NCBI GenBank assembly: GCA_937975715.1
Contig: CALJUA010000065.1
Span: 4,796-68,795 of the forward strand
Direction: 5' to 3'
Source: an uncultured Candidatus Planktophila sp.
GTDB lineage: Bacteria > Actinomycetota > Actinomycetes > Nanopelagicales > Nanopelagicaceae
DNA: 64,000 nt
Part shown: one piece after another, positions 17,064 to 26,533 of the stretch
Layout of the letters: every line of letters begins with the position of its first letter
Position numbering within the stretch: the first letter of the stretch is position 1
Position numbers and translations under genes: made by a program
Notes under the pieces: model-generated
Seen by the model: the letters and a program-made list of their open reading frames with translations, nothing else
Database searches by the model: none
What the model was told of the DNA's origin: nothing

Positions 17064-18200
17064 TTATAGGCGGGAGAGGAGGATTGCCTGGACTTCGCCA
17101 TCAGATGGAGCAATTGGGTTATTGCTCGTCACTGAATCAGCAAGAACAGTCTTGGCAATATCGCCAACCATCTCTTGCTTGACACCGTAGTGGGAGAGTG
17201 AGTTACGAATCTGGATCGAATCTGCGAGATCGCGAACCGCTTCGATTGCAGTATCTGAGTTTGCACTGACGCCCATATCGTTTCCGACAGTTGCATAAAT
17301 GTCGCTTACTTCGCGCGCATTAAATTGCATAACCTCAGGTAGCACAGTTGCAAGCGCCTCGCCATGTGCTGCGCCAACATGTGCTGAGACAGAGTGAGCG
17401 ATTCCGTGAACCAGGCCAAGACCTGACAAGGTAAGTGCAAGACCGGCAAGGTGAGCGCCCATCAACATATCGCCACGAGCATCAACATTTGCGCCATCCT
17501 TAACTGCGATGGGAAGTGCGCGAGCAATCAACTTGACCGCTTGGTGGGCATATGCGGCAGATACGGGTGTGCTGCCTTTTGAGGTTAAAGATTCAATAGC
17601 GTGAGTAAGTGCGTCGATTCCAGTTCCTGCAGTTGGACGTGGTGGCAATCCAATCGTTAGCTCTGGATCGAGAATTGCAGCGACCGGAGTTGTGCTGGCA
17701 TCACCAACATAGAACTTGCATTGGCGAATTGGGTCATCAATAACGCCCCAGTTATTTGTCTCTGATCCAGTTCCAGCTGTTGTTGGAATCGCGATGATTG
17801 GAAGGGCTGGACGTTCAGGTGTTATCGAGTAATCAAACTTGGCAGATGAGAATGTTGGGTTTGCAACAACCAATGCGATGCCTTTAGAAGAGTCGAGCGA
17901 TGAACCGCCACCGAGAGCGACGATGCAATCTGCACCAAAGGTGATGCCGTGCTTCGCCGCAGCATCAATCAGGGTGGTGGTTGGATTGGGCTTAATGTCA
18001 GTGTAGGACGCTGTTTCTATGCCGGCTGACTTTAGAATCGCTTCGACTTTTGCCAACACACCAGCGGCAGCAACACCTGGGTCGGTAACGATAAAGACCT
18101 TCTTCTTATTTAATCCAGCGACAACTTCTGGAAGCTGTGCAACAGAACCTGCGCCAAAACGAATATTGACTGAGCCAGGTGTAAGTGTGAATGCGTTCAT
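17064..18200 (-). CDS. Iron-containing alcohol dehydrogenase
   Basis: GGGSSLD, AIPTTAGTGSE, DALTHAIE, GLVHGIAH, HGEA. Confidence 0.92.
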   Translation of the reverse strand: MNAFTLTPGSVNIRFGAGSVAQLPEVVAGLNKKKVFIVTDPGVAAAGVLAKVEAILKSAGIETASYTDIKPNPTTTLIDAAAKHGITFGADCIVALGGGSSLDSSKGIALVVANPTFSSAKFDYSITPERPALPIIAIPTTAGTGSETNNWGVIDDPIRQCKFYVGDASTTPVAAILDPELTIGLPPRPTAGTGIDALTHAIESLTSKGSTPVSAAYAHQAVKLIARALPIAVKDGANVDARGDMLMGAHLAGLALTLSGLGLVHGIAHSVSAHVGAAHGEALATVLPEVMQFNAREVSDIYATVGNDMGVSANSDTAIEAVRDLADSIQIRNSLSHYGVKQEMVGDIAKTVLADSVTSNNPIAPSDGEVQAILLSRL

Positions 18201-18236
18201 GATCTGCCTATCTCTTCTTTGAGGTTGCTGCCGGGA

Positions 18237-19004
18237 TTATTTCTTATGTGTCAGTAAATCTGTAATGCGCTCTGATGCTTTCTTCATCTCATTTGCAGCA
18301 GAGATGAGGTGTTCTTCAAATCGTGCTTTTGGTGCGGCGACGTTAATCGCTGCGACAATTGAACCATTGAAATCGCGAACTGGCACAGAGGCACCAACTA
18401 GACCTGGTTCATACTCTTCGATGACAAGCGCGAAACCATCTTTACGAATCTTCTGAAGTTCTTTAATAAGTTCTTCACCTGTCCTGGTCTTGCACAACAG
18501 GGGAGCGCCTTCAATCTTCTTCTTCAGTGGATAGATGCGTTCAACTTGGTCATCTTCTAATCCGGAAAGCAGAACACGACCAGATGAAGTCATATATGAA
18601 GGCGCTGTTACACCCATCCAACTCAGCGCACGGAAACCATGTGCAGGTGACTCGGAGTGGATAGTGACAACTTCAAGTCCTTGCAGAACGGTGAGGTGCA
18701 CGGTTTCGCCGAGTTTATGAACAATTCCATGGAGCTCGCCGCGAGCTGCGGTAACGAGTTGTGCCTCAAAGGTATAGCGAGCGATCGCATAGAGACGCGG
18801 TCCAACGATGACGCCAGCGCCCTGTCGTAATAACAATCCGTTATCAAGTAGGCGAGAAACTGCGCGTGAGATCTGACTTTTCTCTCGGCGAGTGCTGATT
18901 GCAAGGTCGCCATTGCGCTGTGGAATGGGCGATGCCGCCGCTACCGCCTCAATAATCTCTAAATCACGCTCAAGGCCGTTGTTACGCACAAGTGAGTTGG
19001 GCAT
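18237..19004 (-). CDS. IclR-family transcriptional regulator
   Basis: N-terminal HTH, LGETVHL, SSGRVLL, VGASVPV, AAINVAAP. Start set at ATG 19004. Confidence 0.9.
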   Translation of the reverse strand: MPNSLVRNNGLERDLEIIEAVAAASPIPQRNGDLAISTRREKSQISRAVSRLLDNGLLLRQGAGVIVGPRLYAIARYTFEAQLVTAARGELHGIVHKLGETVHLTVLQGLEVVTIHSESPAHGFRALSWMGVTAPSYMTSSGRVLLSGLEDDQVERIYPLKKKIEGAPLLCKTRTGEELIKELQKIRKDGFALVIEEYEPGLVGASVPVRDFNGSIVAAINVAAPKARFEEHLISAANEMKKASERITDLLTHKK

Positions 19005-19062
19005 GTTGCAAATAATACAACTCTCGGTGCGCCTATTGCAACAAACAATTTGCAGGAGCAGG

Positions 19063-19755
19063 ATGTGGTTCATGAAGATGGAAGATTATTTGGTGCCGTT
19101 GACGCCACCGAATCTTTTGCAATTCATCTCGGTGCAACGCGAAAAGATCATTCACGATGTCATCGCACAGATTGAACTTGTTTTATTAGTGATGGCACTC
19201 GTTTCTTTTACAGCAATCATTACCGGTCTTGTTGTGTGGAAGTCATCAACTGCATCTGAAATCGTTACCGGTTTCTGGTCAATTGTTTTCACAATTCCAT
19301 CGCTTGCAATGTTTATCTTCTTTATCGGTCCATTTGGTTTGGGTTGGCTTCCTGCTGTCATTGCACTTGTTCTCTATGGGCAGTTGCCAGTTGTTCGCAA
19401 CACCATCGTTGGATTGCGCTCTGTAGAGCCAGCAATTATGGAATCTGCAGCTGCTATGGGAATGAAGCCAATGACAGTCTTGCGCAAGATTCAATTCCCA
19501 CTAGCTTGGCCGGTAATCATCGTGGGTATTCGCGTCTCAGCGATGTTGATCTTCGGTATCTCTGCAATCGCTGCATATGTCGGTGGTCCTGGTCTTGGCG
19601 ATTATCTCTTCAGTGGTTTAGCAAATCTCGGTTCATTCAACTCAATGAATCAGACTTTGGTCGGAGCTTTCGGAATCACTCTGCTCGCACTGATCTTTGA
19701 TGGAATTTTCGTTTTGATTCGTCGTGTAACAACTCCAAGGGGGCTACGTGTCTAA
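19063..19755 (+). CDS. Osmoprotectant-type (OpuC/ProW-like) ABC permease
   Basis: TIPSLAM, PVVRNTIVGL, ESAAAMGM, IQFPLAWPVI, GGPGLG. Confidence 0.88.
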   Translation: MWFMKMEDYLVPLTPPNLLQFISVQREKIIHDVIAQIELVLLVMALVSFTAIITGLVVWKSSTASEIVTGFWSIVFTIPSLAMFIFFIGPFGLGWLPAVIALVLYGQLPVVRNTIVGLRSVEPAIMESAAAMGMKPMTVLRKIQFPLAWPVIIVGIRVSAMLIFGISAIAAYVGGPGLGDYLFSGLANLGSFNSMNQTLVGAFGITLLALIFDGIFVLIRRVTTPRGLRV

Positions 19756-20713
19756 CACAACTCACGGTCAAGAAATTCGCTTAGAGAAACTCACGAAGCG
19801 ATATCCCAACACCCAGAAGGATGCCGTCTCTGAGTTCAACCTCGTCATCCCTGCCGGTGAGTGCGTTGTCTTCGTTGGCCCATCTGGCTGCGGAAAAACC
19901 ACCACGATGAAGATGATTAACCGCATTATTGAGCCAACTTCAGGTCGCATCGTTATTGGTGGAGAAGATGTCACTAAGACGCCCGCACACGAGCTTCGCC
20001 GCAACATTGGTTATGTAATTCAGCAGATCGGCCTCTTCCCTCACATGACAATTGCAGACAACGTTGCAACTGTTCCTCAACTCCTAGGGTGGGAGAAGAA
20101 CAAGACACGTGCGCGAGTCAATGAACTCTTAGAGCTCGTCGGGCTCGATCCAGCTGAATACGGATCACGTTATCCAAAGCAACTCTCGGGTGGACAGCAG
20201 CAGCGCGTGGGCGTTGCTCGTGCGCTTGCTGCTGACCCAGCGGTCTTGTTGATGGATGAACCGTTCGGTGCAACAGATCCAATTACACGCGTTCGCCTGC
20301 AGAAAGAGTTCCGCGCTCTCCAACGTGAACTTAAGAAGACAGTTGTCTTCGTAACGCACGATTTCGAAGAGGCACTTCTTCTTGGTGATCGCATTGCAGT
20401 TTTATCCGAGCAGTCAAAGGTCGAACAGTATGGAACTCCGCTTGAGATCCTCTCAGCGCCTGCAACAAAGAAAGTTGAGAGCTTTGTCGGCGAAGCAGCC
20501 AGCGTCCGTATGCTCGGACTTGTCTCACTTGCAGCAGTTGACCTGAAATCAGGAACAGTCGATGGGCCAACACTTGCTGAGACAGCAACTCTTCGCGAAG
20601 CGATGGAAGGTTTCATCACCGGTGCAAAAGCGATCAACGTCGGCACCAAGGGGCACCTCACATTTGAAGCTCTTCAAAGCGCCATCTCTCATACACGACA
20701 GGGCGCTAAGTAA
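19748..20713 (+). CDS. Osmoprotectant-type ABC ATP-binding protein (OpuCA/ProV-like)
   Basis: GPSGCGKTT, LSGGQQQRVGVARALAADP, LLMDEPFGA. Confidence 0.92.
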   Translation: MSNTTHGQEIRLEKLTKRYPNTQKDAVSEFNLVIPAGECVVFVGPSGCGKTTTMKMINRIIEPTSGRIVIGGEDVTKTPAHELRRNIGYVIQQIGLFPHMTIADNVATVPQLLGWEKNKTRARVNELLELVGLDPAEYGSRYPKQLSGGQQQRVGVARALAADPAVLLMDEPFGATDPITRVRLQKEFRALQRELKKTVVFVTHDFEEALLLGDRIAVLSEQSKVEQYGTPLEILSAPATKKVESFVGEAASVRMLGLVSLAAVDLKSGTVDGPTLAETATLREAMEGFITGAKAINVGTKGHLTFEALQSAISHTRQGAK

Positions 20714-20715
20714 AA

Positions 20716-21507
20716 ATGGCAAAAGCGTTAGCAAAACCAAACCTGACTGCGGGATCTTTGTATTCGCAATCAGCTCGTTTGATTTTTAAGCGCCACCGCT
20801 CTCTCATTATTCAACCGGTATTAATTGCTCTGCTCTCAATTATTTTGGCAGTTTCACTTAGCCGAGCTCATCTCGATGTCATTGAGAAAGTCACCATCAA
20901 CCAGGCATTTATCTTCCGCGCAATTCAGGATCACTTGATTCTCTCCTTCGCATCTGCGGCAGTGATTCTTCTGGTTGCAGTGCCGGCGGGAATTTTGCTT
21001 ACCCGACGTCGCTATAAGAAGTTCACGCCGATTGTCTTAATCCTTGCCAATATCGGGCAGGCTTTTCCAGCAGTTGGTGTCCTGATCATCGCGGGAATTC
21101 TCTTTGGTTTTGGAAAGCCAGTAGCAATCTTCTCTTTCGCAGCTTTTGGAATCCTTCCAATCTTGCGCAACACGATTGTTGGCTTGCAGGAGATCGATCC
21201 ATTCATTATCGAATCAGCCCTTGGTATGGGAATGACTCCTCGCCAAGCGCTACGTCAGATTGAACTGCCACTTGCAGTCCCAGTCATTCTGGCCGGTGTT
21301 CGCACCACACTCATTCTTACCGTTGGCATCGCCACTTTAGGTGTCTTTGTTAACGGGGGAGGTCTAGGAACGCTCATTATTCCTGGCCTAAAGCTCAATC
21401 GGGAGCTCGTTCTAGTTACCGGAGGAGTGCTCACAGTTATTGTGGCATTCACGATGGATTGGCTTGCGCGTGCTGCTGAAGAACTCCTTCGACCACGAGG
21501 GATTTAA
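20716..21507 (+). CDS. Osmoprotectant-type ABC permease
   Basis: ILRNTIVGL, ESALGMGMT, IELPLAVPVI, GGGLG. Confidence 0.88.
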   Translation: MAKALAKPNLTAGSLYSQSARLIFKRHRSLIIQPVLIALLSIILAVSLSRAHLDVIEKVTINQAFIFRAIQDHLILSFASAAVILLVAVPAGILLTRRRYKKFTPIVLILANIGQAFPAVGVLIIAGILFGFGKPVAIFSFAAFGILPILRNTIVGLQEIDPFIIESALGMGMTPRQALRQIELPLAVPVILAGVRTTLILTVGIATLGVFVNGGGLGTLIIPGLKLNRELVLVTGGVLTVIVAFTMDWLARAAEELLRPRGI

Positions 21508-21527
21508 TACCTAAGGAAGGGTAAAAA

Positions 21528-22460
21528 ATGCAGGTAAGAAGCCACAAAGTAGTTGCTATTGCAGCTGCAATTGCTCTCGCAGTTGTCGGAACAGCAGCAA
21601 CATCAACATCAGCTAACGCAGCTGGAAAGTCCCTTAAGGGAGTTAAGGTCATTGTTGGTTCGAAGGACTTTACAGAGTCAATCGTTCTCTCAAAGATCGT
21701 TAAGCAGTTCATCATCGCTAACGGTGGAACTGTCGTCGATAAGACAAACATCAAGGGTTCTTCAACAACTCGTGAAGCAATGCTCAGCGGTGACATCAAC
21801 ATGTACTGGGAATACACAGGTACAGCATGGTTGGTTTACCAGAAGCAGACAGATGTAAACATCGCTCCATCAGACCTTTACAAGAAGGTTGTCGCTGGCG
21901 ACAAGAAGAACAAGGTCACATGGGGACCAATGACTTCATTTAACGATACTTACGCATGGGCAATCACAAAGGCAAATGCAACTAAGTACGGAATCAAGAC
22001 ATACTCAGATCTCGCAAAGAAGCTCCCTGCAGGTTCTGCATGGTGCGTAGAGTCAGAGTTCCAGAGCCGTCCAGATGGATGGGCAGGCTTCAAGAAGGCT
22101 TACGGAATTTCAGATTCAAACATCACAACTAAGGTCCTTGATACTGGCGCTATCTACCAGGCAACAAAGGATGGACAATGCATGGTTGGTGAAGTATTCG
22201 CAACTGACGGACGTATCGGCGCACTTGGCTTGATGGTTCCAGCAGAAGATATCTCTTACTTCCCTCCTTACAACGCTGCAATCACAATGACTGATGCAAT
22301 TGCAAAGAAGTACCCACAGCTTGTAAAGGCTTTGGCTCCAATTGCAGGAAAGATCAGCAATGCAACAATGCAGAACCTCAATGCTCGTATTGACGTTCTC
22401 GGAGAAGATGCAGACACAGTTGCGAAGAGCTTCTTGTCAGCATCAGGATTGGTAAAGTAA
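21528..22460 (+). CDS. Glycine betaine/choline-family ABC substrate-binding protein
   Basis: Signal peptide; VGSKDFTES, YWEYTGTA, FNDTYA, EFQSRPDG, VFATDG, FPPYNA motifs of OpuCC-type binding proteins. Confidence 0.9.
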   Translation: MQVRSHKVVAIAAAIALAVVGTAATSTSANAAGKSLKGVKVIVGSKDFTESIVLSKIVKQFIIANGGTVVDKTNIKGSSTTREAMLSGDINMYWEYTGTAWLVYQKQTDVNIAPSDLYKKVVAGDKKNKVTWGPMTSFNDTYAWAITKANATKYGIKTYSDLAKKLPAGSAWCVESEFQSRPDGWAGFKKAYGISDSNITTKVLDTGAIYQATKDGQCMVGEVFATDGRIGALGLMVPAEDISYFPPYNAAITMTDAIAKKYPQLVKALAPIAGKISNATMQNLNARIDVLGEDADTVAKSFLSASGLVK

Positions 22461-22464
22461 CAAA

Positions 22465-22965
22465 ATGATTGAAATCCAGATCGGCGAAGGTTTTGTAGGT
22501 TCAGGACCAAACGCGGCCCACACCAACACAATTCTCGGAGCTCGATCTGGGCCCGCTGGAGTGGCATGGGCAACTGCCCTTGCCACTCCTCGCGCGGGTC
22601 ACGTGCCATACATGGTTGTTGCTCAACCAGGTGTAGCCGTGACGCCGCCAACTCTCTTTGTAAATAAGGCAGCTGTTGAAAGTGATCAGCACGGCCTCTT
22701 TACCTGGGGAGCAGCACAGGCAGGAGTTGCCGCAGGAGTCGGAGAGGCGCTGCGCAATGGAATTATTGATGTGAACTCAACAAATGATCTCGTCATTGTT
22801 GCCGCGGTGTGGCTCAACCCATCTGCCAACGATGAGGAAGAGGTCTTTCAGAATCAACGACAGGCGATGATTGATGCCCTGACAAACGGTAAGAATGGAT
22901 ATCCCACTGCTGCCGATGTCATGAAAGCAACAGAGAATGTCGCTAATCCTTTCTTCCGACAGTAA
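22465..22965 (+). CDS. Formaldehyde-activating enzyme (Fae) family protein
   Basis: IGEGFVG..NAAH, P.TLFVNK, WGAAQAGVA.GV, AVWLNP and C-terminal NPF pattern of Fae homologues. Confidence 0.82.
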   Translation: MIEIQIGEGFVGSGPNAAHTNTILGARSGPAGVAWATALATPRAGHVPYMVVAQPGVAVTPPTLFVNKAAVESDQHGLFTWGAAQAGVAAGVGEALRNGIIDVNSTNDLVIVAAVWLNPSANDEEEVFQNQRQAMIDALTNGKNGYPTAADVMKATENVANPFFRQ

Positions 22966-22998
22966 CAATTCCCACTACTAAAGATTCGAGTACGCCTG

Positions 22999-24102
22999 AT
23001 GAAAATCACGAATATTCGCTTTGAGCGAGCCTCTCTGCAATTAGATCCACCGTTCTGCCCTAACTGGGATCCAACGCCACGTCGCACATTTGGTGCAACG
23101 TTGACGATTGTTGAGACCGATGGCGGAGTTATCGGCTACGGCGCAGGCGACGATATGGGTGGATTCGATGGGTACGAGAAGTACTTCATCGGCAAAGATC
23201 TCTTCGATATCGCAGAGCATGTACGCACTCTCGAAACAATTACTTTTCACGCCGGTCGCTACTGGCCAATTGAGGTAGCAATCTGGGATGCCATCGGTAA
23301 GGCGAAGAACCAGACAGTGGCGCAACTCTTCGGTGGTGCAGAGAAATCTATCCCTGCCTATGCCTCAACCGGTGCGGTAATGACTGCACCTGAGCGCGCT
23401 GCAAGTGCTCGCGCAATTCGCGATGCTGGCTTTAAAGCGATGAAGATTCGCGTGCCACAAACACAACTAGATTTGGGAATTGAAACGCTGAAGTTGATTC
23501 GCGAAGAAGTAGGAAATGACCTTGAGATTATGGTTGACCTCAACCAGGCATGGCGCATGCCAGGCGATACTCGCAAATCTATTGATCGTAAGACTGCAAT
23601 GAACTTTGTTGATGCTGCAGTTGATTACGGCGTTTACTGGATCGAAGAACCACTTCCAATGGAAGATATGGAGGGCCTGAAGTCACTTCGCGGTCGAGGA
23701 ACTCGTATTGCTGGTGGCGAAATGGTTCGCACAATTCACGAAATCCTTACTCTGGTAGATAACGATGCACTCGATGTTATTCAGGCAGATGTTGTTCTCG
23801 CTGCCGGCATGGATCACTCACGTGAAATCGCACGTCGTGCCAATGAGCGCGGACACATCTTTACTCCGCACACCTGGTCTAACGGTTATGGACTGGCTGC
23901 AAATCTCCATGTCACAGCTGGCATCGGTGGCGCACCATTTATTGAATTCCCATTTGATCCGCCAACCTGGACCAGCGAACGTCGTGACTTCTTGATGGCA
24001 GAGCCAATGAATGTCGGTAGTGATGGATTACTCCATGTTCCATCTGGTCCGGGACTTGGAATTGAGCCAAACTGGTCTCTCTTTAAGAAATCTGTAGCGT
24101 AA
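22999..24102 (+). CDS. Mandelate racemase/muconate lactonizing enzyme (enolase superfamily) protein
   Basis: AIWDAIGK, MVDLNQ, WIEEP, GGEMV, IQAD, TPHTW, IEFP, GPGLG. Confidence 0.92.
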   Translation: MKITNIRFERASLQLDPPFCPNWDPTPRRTFGATLTIVETDGGVIGYGAGDDMGGFDGYEKYFIGKDLFDIAEHVRTLETITFHAGRYWPIEVAIWDAIGKAKNQTVAQLFGGAEKSIPAYASTGAVMTAPERAASARAIRDAGFKAMKIRVPQTQLDLGIETLKLIREEVGNDLEIMVDLNQAWRMPGDTRKSIDRKTAMNFVDAAVDYGVYWIEEPLPMEDMEGLKSLRGRGTRIAGGEMVRTIHEILTLVDNDALDVIQADVVLAAGMDHSREIARRANERGHIFTPHTWSNGYGLAANLHVTAGIGGAPFIEFPFDPPTWTSERRDFLMAEPMNVGSDGLLHVPSGPGLGIEPNWSLFKKSVA

Positions 24103-24112
24103 GGAGCTATCT

Positions 24113-25603
24113 GTGGCACTCGATAAAGATGCGTGGGTTAAGCGCGCCCTAGAACTTAAGCCAGAGTCGCGTATGTACATCAATGGTGCATATGTTGATG
24201 CTGCATCCGGAAAGACCTTCGATGACATCTCTCCACGCGATCAGCGACTAATTGCAAAGATTGCAGCAGGCGACACTGAAGATGTGAATCGCGCAGTAGC
24301 TGCAGCGAAGGCTGCATTTGATTCCGGTGTGTGGCGCGAGATGAATCCACGCGATAAGAAGGCGATTATGCTCAAATGGGCAGATCTCATCCGCGAGCAT
24401 CAAGAAGAACTTGCACTCCTTGAGACACTCGATGTCGGAAAGCCAATCTCAGATTCGCTCAATGTTGATGTGATGGGCTGTGCTCGTACTGTTCAGTGGT
24501 ACGGCGAAGCAATTGATAAGACTTATGACGAGATTGCACCTGCTCCTCGCAACGCATTAGCGATGATTACTCGTGAACCTCTTGGTGTAGTAGGCGCAGT
24601 TGTTCCTTGGAACTATCCAATGATCATCGCATCATGGAAGGTTGCCCCAGCACTTGCAATGGGAAATAGCGTTGTATTGAAGCCCGCCGAGCAATCATCA
24701 CTGTCTGCAATCTTGCTCGCTCGCCTTGCAACTGAAGCGGGAATTCCAAACGGAGTATTTAACGTTGTAACGGGTCTCGGACCTGAGGCAGGACAGGCGC
24801 TTGCTCGCCATATGGATGTAGCAAAGTTGGCATTTACTGGCAGCGGACCAACAGGTCGCAAGATGCTCCAATATGCAGCTGAATCCAATATGAAGCAGGT
24901 TGCACTCGAGCTCGGTGGCAAGAGCCCGCAGGTTGTGCTCGATGACGTCAAGGATCTCGATGCATGTGCATCAACACTTGCTTGGGGCATCTATTACAAC
25001 GCAGGCCAGACATGTAATGCGGGTTCACGTGTCATTGTGCAGGGTCAGAAGATTAAAGAGCAGCTCTTTGAGAAGATGTCGGAATTCGTCAAGACCTTCC
25101 CAGTTGGCGATTGCCTCGATCCTTCTGTCTATATGGGTCCAATAGTTTCGACTCAGCAGCGCGATCGCGTTAACCACTATCTCAACATGGTGGGTCAGAA
25201 CGGCGAATCATTTATCTACGGTGGCGAACAACCAACTGGCGATGACAACTTGATTAAGCCAACTCTGATTGATGGCGTTAAGCATGAATCAGTTTTGTCA
25301 CAGGAAGAGATCTTCGGTCCAGTCATCGTTGAAGTCGATGCTAAGGATGAGACAGATGCGCTAGCAAAGGCGAATGGCACTGAGTACGGACTTGCTGCTT
25401 CAGTTTGGTCGGGCAATATCTCGCGCGCACATAACTTTGCTCGCAAACTCCGCGCTGGAACTGTATGGGTCAATACCTTTGACGCATCTGATGTCATCAC
25501 ACCATTTGGTGGTTTCAATGGCTCAGGCGCTGGTCGCGATAAGTCACTTCATGCACTTGAGAATTACAGCGCACTTAAGACAACTTGGATCGACCTCTCT
25601 TAA
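24113..25603 (+). CDS. NAD-dependent aldehyde dehydrogenase (PuuC-like)
   Basis: VPWNYP, LKPAEQS, AFTGS, LELGGKSP, NAGQTC, EEIFGP, PFGGF. Confidence 0.93.
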   Translation: MALDKDAWVKRALELKPESRMYINGAYVDAASGKTFDDISPRDQRLIAKIAAGDTEDVNRAVAAAKAAFDSGVWREMNPRDKKAIMLKWADLIREHQEELALLETLDVGKPISDSLNVDVMGCARTVQWYGEAIDKTYDEIAPAPRNALAMITREPLGVVGAVVPWNYPMIIASWKVAPALAMGNSVVLKPAEQSSLSAILLARLATEAGIPNGVFNVVTGLGPEAGQALARHMDVAKLAFTGSGPTGRKMLQYAAESNMKQVALELGGKSPQVVLDDVKDLDACASTLAWGIYYNAGQTCNAGSRVIVQGQKIKEQLFEKMSEFVKTFPVGDCLDPSVYMGPIVSTQQRDRVNHYLNMVGQNGESFIYGGEQPTGDDNLIKPTLIDGVKHESVLSQEEIFGPVIVEVDAKDETDALAKANGTEYGLAASVWSGNISRAHNFARKLRAGTVWVNTFDASDVITPFGGFNGSGAGRDKSLHALENYSALKTTWIDLS

Positions 25604-25637
25604 TTTCAAATCGAACGCACATACAAAGGAGCTCAAC

Positions 25638-26528
25638 GTGAAGGTTGCATTTATCGGTACAGGCAGCATGGGTGGAAGCATGTCGAGAAACCTCGCTGCT
25701 GCTGGAATTGATATCACCGTCTTCGACCTCAATACCGAGAGCATGCAGAAGCCAATTGCTGCTGGTGCAAAGGCGGCAACATCAGGCGTTGATTGCGTTA
25801 CAGGTGCAGATGTTTTGATCACGATGCTTCCAACCCCACAAGCGATTGAAGGTTGCATGATTGCTGGCGGTGTTGCTGCAGCGATGAAGCCAGGTTCAAT
25901 GTGGATTGATATGTCTACCTCAGTTCCAGAGACTGCAAAGGCAGTGGAGAAGGCGCTAGATCCATCAGTGCGCATCATCGATGCACCAGTAGCTGGAATG
26001 TCAGTGGGTGCTGACAAGGGAACAATGTCTATCTTCGCCGGCGGAAGCCCAGAAGATTTTGCATATGCAAAGCCGCTCTTCGACATCATGGGAGACCCAG
26101 AGAAATTCTTTAACTGCGGAGCTCGCGGAACTGGTTATGCAGTCAAGCTCGTCCTTAACATGCTCTGGTTTAACTCATTCGTTGCGACCACTGAAGCGCT
26201 TCTCCTTGGCGTCAAGGCTGGCGTGGATCTAGAAGTTCTTCGCCAATCGCTGATCGGTTCACCATGTAACTCAATCTTGCTGGAGCGCGACATCGTTGGA
26301 ATGCTCAAGGATGGCGATTACGACGAGGGCTTTGCTGTTGCTCTTGCATGTAAGGATCTTCGCCTTGCTGGCGACCTTGCACGTTCAGTCGGCGTTCCAA
26401 TGGAGGTAGGTGCAACGGTAGAGAATGTCTATCGTCGTGCTCGTGCTCGCTACGGTGATAAGGCTGGCGAGATGATTCCAGCGAAGATGTACGAAGACGA
26501 CACAAATACACCGCTTCGCTTCAAGTAA
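25638..26528 (+). CDS. NAD(P)-dependent oxidoreductase, 3-hydroxyisobutyrate / 6-phosphogluconate dehydrogenase family
   Basis: FIGTGSMG, DAPVAG, AVKLVLN, KDLRLA; GTG 25638 with AAGGAG SD. Confidence 0.9.
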   Translation: MKVAFIGTGSMGGSMSRNLAAAGIDITVFDLNTESMQKPIAAGAKAATSGVDCVTGADVLITMLPTPQAIEGCMIAGGVAAAMKPGSMWIDMSTSVPETAKAVEKALDPSVRIIDAPVAGMSVGADKGTMSIFAGGSPEDFAYAKPLFDIMGDPEKFFNCGARGTGYAVKLVLNMLWFNSFVATTEALLLGVKAGVDLEVLRQSLIGSPCNSILLERDIVGMLKDGDYDEGFAVALACKDLRLAGDLARSVGVPMEVGATVENVYRRARARYGDKAGEMIPAKMYEDDTNTPLRFK

Positions 26529-26533
26529 CTCCG

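Noticed and set aside
19005-19062. IclR operator between iclR and the ABC operon
   Set aside because: TTGCAA words recur, but I could not define a clean dyad.
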